Assembly (NCBI GenBank): GCA_964016885.1 | Contig: OZ024743.1 | Coordinates: 213,900,001 to 213,964,000 of the forward strand | Source of the DNA: Eledone cirrhosa | Lineage: Eukaryota | Length of the DNA: 64,000 nucleotides | Reading direction: 5' to 3' | Part shown: piece by piece, positions 56,071 to 64,000 of the stretch | Position numbering within the stretch: position 1 is the first letter of the stretch | Layout of the letters: every line of letters starts with the position of its first letter | Program-made: the position numbers and the translations under genes | The notes under the pieces: generated by a model | Seen by the model: only the letters and a program-made list of their open reading frames with translations | What the model was told of the DNA's origin: nothing | Databases searched by the model: none

Positions 56071-56260
56071 GAAGTAGTATGTTTAAGAAGTTTGCTTCAC
56101 AATCATTACCCGGGAGTTCTATTCCACTGGGTGACATCGTGGGCAATATTATCTACCAAAGTCTTAGGTCGAATCATGCCTTGTCACTGCAATTGGCAGA
56201 TGGATGTATTTGGAAACCGGCAGATGTATGTGTAATTCACACACCAGCCTTGTCACAATG
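56071..56260 (+). mobile_element. Old, diverged tRNA-derived SINE of another family
   Basis: taagaagtttgcttc...gggagttctattccactgggtgacatcgtgggcaa resembles a tRNA head plus core of an abundant octopus SINE, recalled from memory and not verified. Confidence 0.45.
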
Positions 56261-56838
56261 TAACAATTATGTTAAGGCTACACGTATCTGTGGAATTAGA
56301 ATGTTCAGTCGTTTACACATTAATTTGGTGAGCATAATGTTCTGTTGGTCAAAATTTGGAACGCACATCGTCAAAATGGAGACTGGCCCATCGTTATTGT
56401 TATTTACCTCGTCAATATTGTACGAGAGACGGTTGAAAAGATCATGGGCTGACAGTTCATATTCTGACCAAGATATTCTCATGGAATAATGTAATAAGTT
56501 TTATTTTTCATCATAGTTGCTGTAAAGAAACCATGCAGTTATTGATAAGAAGATTTGAAATAAATACATGCAAGATTTCACAGCAAAATCCTACTTAGTT
56601 GGCCTATGAACGTTTTAGCCGGCCCTCGTATGTAATAGGATTTTTAGATATTCTCTGGTGTTTCATGTAAGTAGGTGAAATAATAATTTTGCTTGGTACT
56701 ACAATAAGACTGGTGTGTTGATGCCCGGTTTCTTAGTAACTGATTTATAATTAGAAAGGATATACATAAGTGAATTTACTAAACGATATATAAGATGCCT
56801 CCAGAATTCGCGTTGTCAACGATTAGATTTTATAAAAT

Positions 56839-56844
56839 TACTAT

Positions 56845-56888
<44 letters not shown>

Positions 56889-56905
56889 GTAGTAGTAGTA
56901 GTAGT
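56839..56905. repeat. (TAC)n followed by its reverse complement (TAG)n
   Basis: Direct observation. Confidence 0.9.
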
Positions 56906-59559
56906 TCATTGGTTGGAAGAATGGCGTTTTATTTTCCCCTTTAAAGGCTTAGTGTAACTAAAACTCTTATGTAATTTGTTCTTTTAAGAATGTTGGCGGG
57001 TTGGTAAAAACGCTTTATCAAAGGAGCTTCCCAGAAGGAGTAGTCGTATCTCAAGTAAATCCCATTTGATCATCTATGTAGATTTACATTGAAAAATACA
57101 TTCGTATAAATACTACAGGATTGAAATACGATGCTCAAAAACCTACTCGAATATAATATTTTGTTACATAAGTCATGATATTTGGTGTCGGTCCGTTTTA
57201 TGAATTTGACGGCTAAAACCGAAACAATATATATCTTAGATGAAGCGAAGCGGATTGACATTATATCATTATCGAAATCACATTTGCGTCGAATTTAATA
57301 TTGAAGATTGATGTTAGGTGTGTTCTAAGTTACATGCTTACTACTATTTTATTTCTACATTTTGCGGAAATAAACAGAGACACTAACATTGGTAACACAT
57401 CGCAGATATTCTAAACAGTGTGTATTTTTCAAACTTACTCAAACAGACTTCTACTAAATTGTATGTTGCTTAATATAGTTACTGTTCTTAAATTTGTTAC
57501 TTGTATTTGCAGTTTGTGTTGTAAAGCTGACTAAAAACTGTATAATATGCTTCAGTATTATTCTAATACTTTCAAAGAATATCTATTCTGGTTCAATTCT
57601 ATGCATCATGTAATTATAAGTTAAGTTTTATCTATGCATCATGTAATTATAAGTTAAGTTAATCTTTGAATATTTTATTTGTTTAAAACATCGCATTTCA
57701 TTTTTAAATGCTTATCACAGTTCAGATTATTCTACAATTTCAGTATAAAGATCGGCCCAATACCGGATGATGCCAAATTCTGCTGACCGTCGGTTAAAAT
57801 AACTTGTATCTTGTTACTTTCATCGTATTCCTACAGAATACGACTTTGCCTTTTATTTTAAAACAAGATTTATTCAAATCATGTAGTCGAAGTTCAGTCG
57901 CTGAAAGGAATAAACGAATGACAAAATAAAGAAAAATGATAAAATAGTTTACATATTTGATGGCGGTGTTCCAGCATGGTTATGGCCAGGATACCCCAAA
58001 CAAATTATTAAATCAAATAAATAATATAAAATATGTAGTTGTTTATATTGCCAGAAGGTGCAGTCCTTTTTCAATAAATTCACTTTGGTATTGGAGGTAT
58101 TCATTAAACAGTATATTTGCTTTAGTTTCATATTTAAAGACGGATTTGAAATCTTAATTTCAATGGATGAACATAAATAAACATAACAGTGTGAATTCAT
58201 AGAAAAGTATTAAACTTTGTTGTACAGAGTTTTATTAATTTAAAATCTACCATAAATGTTTTAAATCATATGGTGAAGTATTTCTAAAACTATTATATAA
58301 TGCCATGCAATATATTTCTATAACTAATAATGACTGCCGAAACTGTATCAAAGATCAATAAATTCAATATGACAAATTTCCTATCGATAGCAATCGATAT
58401 TCAGGTTCAAACATTTTATTAAAACAGATTGTATATGAAAGATGAAATTGACTAAGCAAGATTACTTTTATATCAGTTGATCATAACGATGGATATGTGA
58501 TATATTCGTGTCCTTTCCATTTAGGAGAAACTTTGACAGAATTCTGCTTCAACCATCAAAGTTTCAAGGTGGAAATAATTGGATAAAAGTGAACATTCCT
58601 TTGTACTTTTCCTATACTTAATTATCAACAGTATTGATTTGCATTGGGAGTAGATGAACTCTCTTAAGACATACTCCTAATATCCATTTTTTAACATCTT
58701 TTCTCTCTTTGATATTATGCGCATATATGTGTATCCCTCAACTATGTAATATCTCAATTATTAACCATTGTAGGTAATATCATTTTCCTTTATTCCTTCT
58801 TCGTATATTATTCAGCAATACATATTTTACAATAGATTTAGATGGGGGAATCAATAATGTGTTAGATTTCCAACTAAATGGTGAATGCATACCGTGCCAT
58901 TACTACAGTTGCACTATACATAAAAGCTTCACATAACTTGTTTTTCTATGAGAACATTCGAATTATGTGTATGCAAACCTTTCCAGAGTATGCAACATTA
59001 GATCGATATAGTAAACGTATGTACACTTTCAAGTTCGATATACTGCTATCAAATAAGGATTTAAATGTAAATCATAGGAATGAATTTGCTCAGTTTTTGC
59101 TACATACGCTACGTATGAACGATTATACATCGTGTAAACATTAGGAGAGCAAAAATCTAAATAAAAATGTAGTAATAAAATAAGAGAACACTATAATGAA
59201 TGTCAACAAGGCCCAGTTTAGGGTAAACCCTTGACTACACAGTCAACTGACAGGCCTTGAAAGTTCTCTGTTTCGGTTACTTGCCTTCTGTTTTGAGAAG
59301 CATAATTAGAGGGGGTGGCTGTTCAGCTTCACCAGTCACATCACTTTGAAGCATCATTCATGATACTCACCTGAAAGCAGCACAACCTTCTCTACTTTCT
59401 ATTTCCTATAATTTGTCTGACACTTATTCTGTGAGGACAATGAGAATATGCGCCTGATTCAAATTCGACTACACACAAGGGTAATTTATACAATTTCTGA
59501 GTATAACGATTCAAGCAAGAAGAGTAGAAAGCAAAAAAAAAAAAATGTTAGTAACCTAC

Positions 59560-60720
59560 CTGGATTTTAGGTGACTCCTTTTTAGTAAGCTGATGCTTTA
59601 GATCTGTTCCTTACCGACTGCTTATAGCGGCACCGAAGCGTTTCCATGGGGGAACCATAGACTCATAGACTCATGCCATATCAGAAGGTTTATGGCTAGT
59701 TTAGGAAACGCAGGTGTAGGGATGTTTGGGGTCGCCTTTCCGAGCTGGTAGTTTTTTGTATCATTGAGGGTTTCGTTTGGTTGTGGGTGGTTGCGTTGGT
59801 GTCTGCTGTTGTTGTTCTGTTTGGTTTTGTTTGTTTTGCTGTTGTTTCTTCCACTGTTGCTTTAGTTGGTGTGTCGTTATTTTTGTTGATGCTGCGGTTG
59901 TCGTGTTGACAGCGCTGTATGTTTTCGTTGGAGGCACATGTCGTTTAGTTGGTTTGTGCTTTTACATGTGTGCAGCCTAGGCTTTCCATTTTCAAAAATA
60001 ATCTGCAGCTATTCTCCGTTTGGTGAATTAAATATGATCTTCTATCTAGAGTTTCTGCTTTTGTTTGGATTCGGTTCTCTAATCTATTTCCTGCCCACGT
60101 TTCCTTGGAATACCTTTGTATTTCTGACAATGTTTTCGTAACCTCTTGAGGCCCGCATCTCACAAACAAACTGAAATCCAATAAATACCAGAAATGTTTG
60201 TTGCCATTGTTAATGTCGTTGCTGCTGTTGTTGTTGAAGTTGTTATGTGTCTTGACGTTGCAGTTGTCAGTAGCAGCTACCATTAAGGCAGTGCTGGTGA
60301 CAGTAGTAGTGGTATTGAGGACGGTGTGTCTTGAAATTGAAGGTGATTTTTTTCTAAGAAACATGTCGCTCTTTCCATAGTTGTCATTTTTCTTAAATGC
60401 TTCTGTGGTGGTGGCGGTAGGGGTGATAGCAGGGATCCTATTGCTGTTGATATTGTTGGCACCATGTTATGTTTGTGTTTTCTATGGGTGCTGGTGAGAG
60501 TGGAGTAGGTTTTGACCGGTTCAAGTTCAGTCATGTGCTTATAATAAACTGTGGGTGTGTGAGTCTTTTCCGTTGAACATGGTACGATTGCTATCAGAGT
60601 TTACCAAGCTATTTTAAAAGGAGGGGCACATGGAATTTTGAACTCGTCTTCACCATTTCTAAAACGTGTAGTTTATGAGAAATTATTCAGTCTTGGAATT
60701 TGTAAGGTCTTTCCCCGGAT
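59560..60720 (-). other. Possible highly decayed retroelement ORF1-like region
   Basis: Strong G/T skew and Thr/Asn/Pro-rich minus-strand fragments like those in 316-2279; no diagnostic motif. Confidence 0.25.
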
Positions 60721-60889
60721 CAACTCGGTGGCTAGGCAATTAGCTTATTCAAATGATGGTATATTATATGCAACCGAAGTGGCTAAAATAAATAAAGTTT
60801 TGAAATTAACTCACAGACTATCAAATAGTGTGTAGCCTCATACGATAGAAGAAGAAGAAGAAGAAGAAGAAGAAGAAATAGAGGGAAAT

Positions 60890-61070
60890 AATTGTTTCTA
60901 CTTTAGTCACAAGGCCAGCAATTACCCAGTGCATTACTGGTACATTATTTTATCGACCCCATAAGGATGAAAGGCAAAGTCAACCTCGGCGGGATTTGAA
61001 CTCAGATCGTAAAGGGACGTAACTATGCTGGAAAGAATGGCGTCCGACCCTCTACCGATGCTGCCAATCC
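60890..61070 (-). mobile_element. tRNA-type SINE, slightly 5'-truncated
   Basis: Near-identical to 14281-14467; agggaaat on both flanks. Confidence 0.88.
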
Positions 61071-61974
61071 AGAAAGGGAAATGGAGAGCAGATTATGTAT
61101 GTCAACGACAGTTCCTCTCATTGTATAGACAATCCTAAAATTAATATGTTTTATTTAATAGCTGCTGATCATACTATATTTCTACTATATTTCGATTACA
61201 TTGTGTAACTTTCTTCCAACAACTGTCATTGTATTTCAGTTATTTAAGAAATTTATGGTATTTTCTTTCCCGATTATTCTAATATCTTTTCCAAACAATT
61301 TCGAAATTTAAATTTTAATGGCTGTAGGAAATACGAATATTTCCATGTGTCAGATTCAATTTTGATGTAATGTAACAGGGATAAATATTTTTTAAGGAAA
61401 TATTTACACATAAAAACGAAAACCCGGTTTTGTGAAAATTGTAAATAGAAGGAAACGCTTTGGGAACGACTAAGGAGGGAAATGACTCATCAATATCTAT
61501 CCCACCCTCGTAAATGAGTAAAATCAAGAAAACTAGCTTTTCATTCTATCCTTCTGTATCTTTTTTTTTTTATCTTACCCATCCTATAAGGTGAAAAAAT
61601 GAACATTTAAAAACATTTTGTGTTTTACGTTTTTCACACAACTGAATACGTCGCTTTAAAGAAATTGAAAATCGTTTGAAATAAATACATCAATGTGAAA
61701 AAATAAAGGAAAAACCAGTAAGAAAAATTAACTTCAATAAAAAAGAGGGAAATAGTTTGGAAAAAAAAGCAACAATATTACTCTATGGAAATATTGAATG
61801 AATTGTATAAAACTGTAAAAAGAATTCTGTGGTAATATAAATCATAATACGCGTAAAAGTTTAAAAGAGGAAAATAAATGATAAACTATTTATTTATTAC
61901 CATTCTTAGCAAACGTACATATATATATGCACACGTATATACATAGACGGACTCAGAAACTCACACACGCCCCC

Positions 61975-62110
61975 CCCCACATATATATATAGGGAGGAGG
62001 CTAGTGATGGATGTGCGAATATATGTATCGATATATATGTAGGGCTGCATATATTTGTGTAGAAATATGTTACATATACATACTTACACACACATATATG
62101 TATATACTCA

Positions 62111-62180
<70 letters not shown>

Positions 62181-62184
62181 CCCA

Positions 62185-62225
<41 letters not shown>

Positions 62226-62317
62226 ATAGGAATATATACATACATATATGGGTTATACATATAAGCCATATATGTATATATATATATATATATATATGTA
62301 TAACCCATATATGTATA

Positions 62318-62356
<39 letters not shown>

Positions 62357-62460
62357 GTGCATATATGTATATAATCACATATGTATAATTCTATAGGTGT
62401 TTGTGCGTGCATGTTTGTGCGTGCTTGTGTGTGCACTTGCGTGCGTGCTTGTGTGTGTAG
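61975..62460. repeat. (TA)n/(TG)n compound microsatellite
   Basis: Direct observation. Confidence 0.9.
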
Positions 62461-62728
62461 GTAAAGAATATAGAAAAATAAATGCTTCGCTAAAACAACT
62501 TATATAGATTTTAAAAAGGTGTGAGAGGATATTGTTTTTGTTATTTTCACGACATTATTTCATTTGTCGATTGACATAAAAAATATTTTCTAATGTTATT
62601 TGAAATTTAAATGTACACATATATTTACTTCTTAATTTCTAGTTGTTTTGGGAAAACTGAAAATATTTCAATATTACACATACATACATGCATACATACA
62701 TACATACGCACACCCACACACGCATAAA

Positions 62729-62786
<58 letters not shown>

Positions 62787-64000
62787 ATCTTTTTTCCATT
62801 TAAAATTGCGCTGTGTAAATTTTCTCCACTGCATTTGGAAATCAATAATTGTTTGTTGTTTTTTTTATGTAACGCAAATCATAACGTTGAATATATATCT
62901 GAATATCTCCTGCTCTCGCATGTATCCTCCATTTGGCTGATACTCACTGTGGATGTTAATGGAAATGAACCCGTGTTTGGATCGATTAATCAAGGGTTAT
63001 GATCATGCAGGAGGAATTAGCTCTGGGTGTACTCGCTAATGTTATAGTACATCTACAGGGATACCATCACAATTTGAATAAGAATCTTAGACCTGTAATT
63101 GGTTGCTAATGCTTGAAAAATTTAAGAGGTGTGTATTAGAACCACTATTTTCTGTGTATAGTATGATTGCATCTCCTCTCATATGTTATACACATAATGT
63201 TTATACAAATGTGTATATTTCATTACCGTTGCTTCATATTCCAAGCACAGAGAAGGGTGAAATGTTACACACACACATACAATCATGCACAAGCACACAT
63301 ACTCACTCACTTACATACACATATGTCAAACTCCTTCAGTGACACCAAAACTAAAAATGAGCCACGTGTGTGAGTGAGCACATGTGAGTGAGCACTATAT
63401 CATTCTTTACCAATAAACCTTGCATAAACTCAATGGGTGATCGGAGGCCTTGCAATGATGCAGTTGCCAGTTTTACGAAAAAATCCAAATCCGTTCTTAT
63501 TCCGAACTACATCACGAAGACTTCGGAGGAGGATGTGATTGTTCTCCTTTTAATTGTTTGTGAGTATTCTTCATGCTTAATGCCTTATTAGTTAAAAAAA
63601 TCCAGACATGTTTATATGAGAGGGTGTGGATATTCGAGGCTGTAAATGTTACATGCCAAATATATTTGTAATTTATTTTATTGATGCATTACACAATGTT
63701 TACATATGGAAACATACATGTTTACATATACATACACTCAAAATGAATAGACATGAACAAGTATATTTGTCGAAAATTTTGCCAGTGTTAGGTATCGTAA
63801 TTTTGTGAGAATTTATTTTTCAAGTAGCTATTTCCGGAGATACATGATGCATGGAGAAGGGTATTATCAGGTCACATGTATTATGTTTAAAGAAAATCTA
63901 ACAATGAAGGAGATTAAATACTGAAGAGCATAAAATGCCATCATCAACCAATCTTGAAATCTGCAACGTCGAAAATACTTTAGATATTTGTATGAAATGT

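Noticed and set aside
55977-56489. 170-aa ORF as host gene or transposase
   Set aside because: No recognisable motif; overlaps a probable decayed SINE

Overview
AT-rich, microsatellite-laden eukaryotic DNA, most likely a coleoid cephalopod/octopus (inferred from the SINE family and the extreme (TA)n/(CA)n load). No host gene can be supported; nearly all ORFs from 10-64 kb are translated microsatellites. 1-9.4 kb is a cluster of non-LTR retrotransposons: an L1/Tx1 5' half on the minus strand, then two different R4/Dong-type RT-RLE elements head-to-tail in (TAA)n. About 15.6-53.6 kb is a dense nest of Penelope-like elements (PLEs; RT + C-terminal GIY-YIG) and short non-coding relatives, almost all arranged as fold-back inverted repeats inside (TA)n. 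By eye I find about 26 type I minimal-hammerhead ribozyme (HHR) motifs from about 11 sequence families between 22 and 52.5 kb, some degenerate. Three HHR-bearing non-coding units (about 319, 448 and 535 bp) are tandem/circularly permuted and look like retrozyme-type circRNA templates. One PLE has a ~3.5 kb microsatellite-rich 3' region copied as a ~3 kb inverted arm with a passenger element. Dispersed tRNA-type SINEs (several with TSDs) and RTE/Tx1 fragments complete the window. All alignments and folds were done by eye, so boundaries are approximate.
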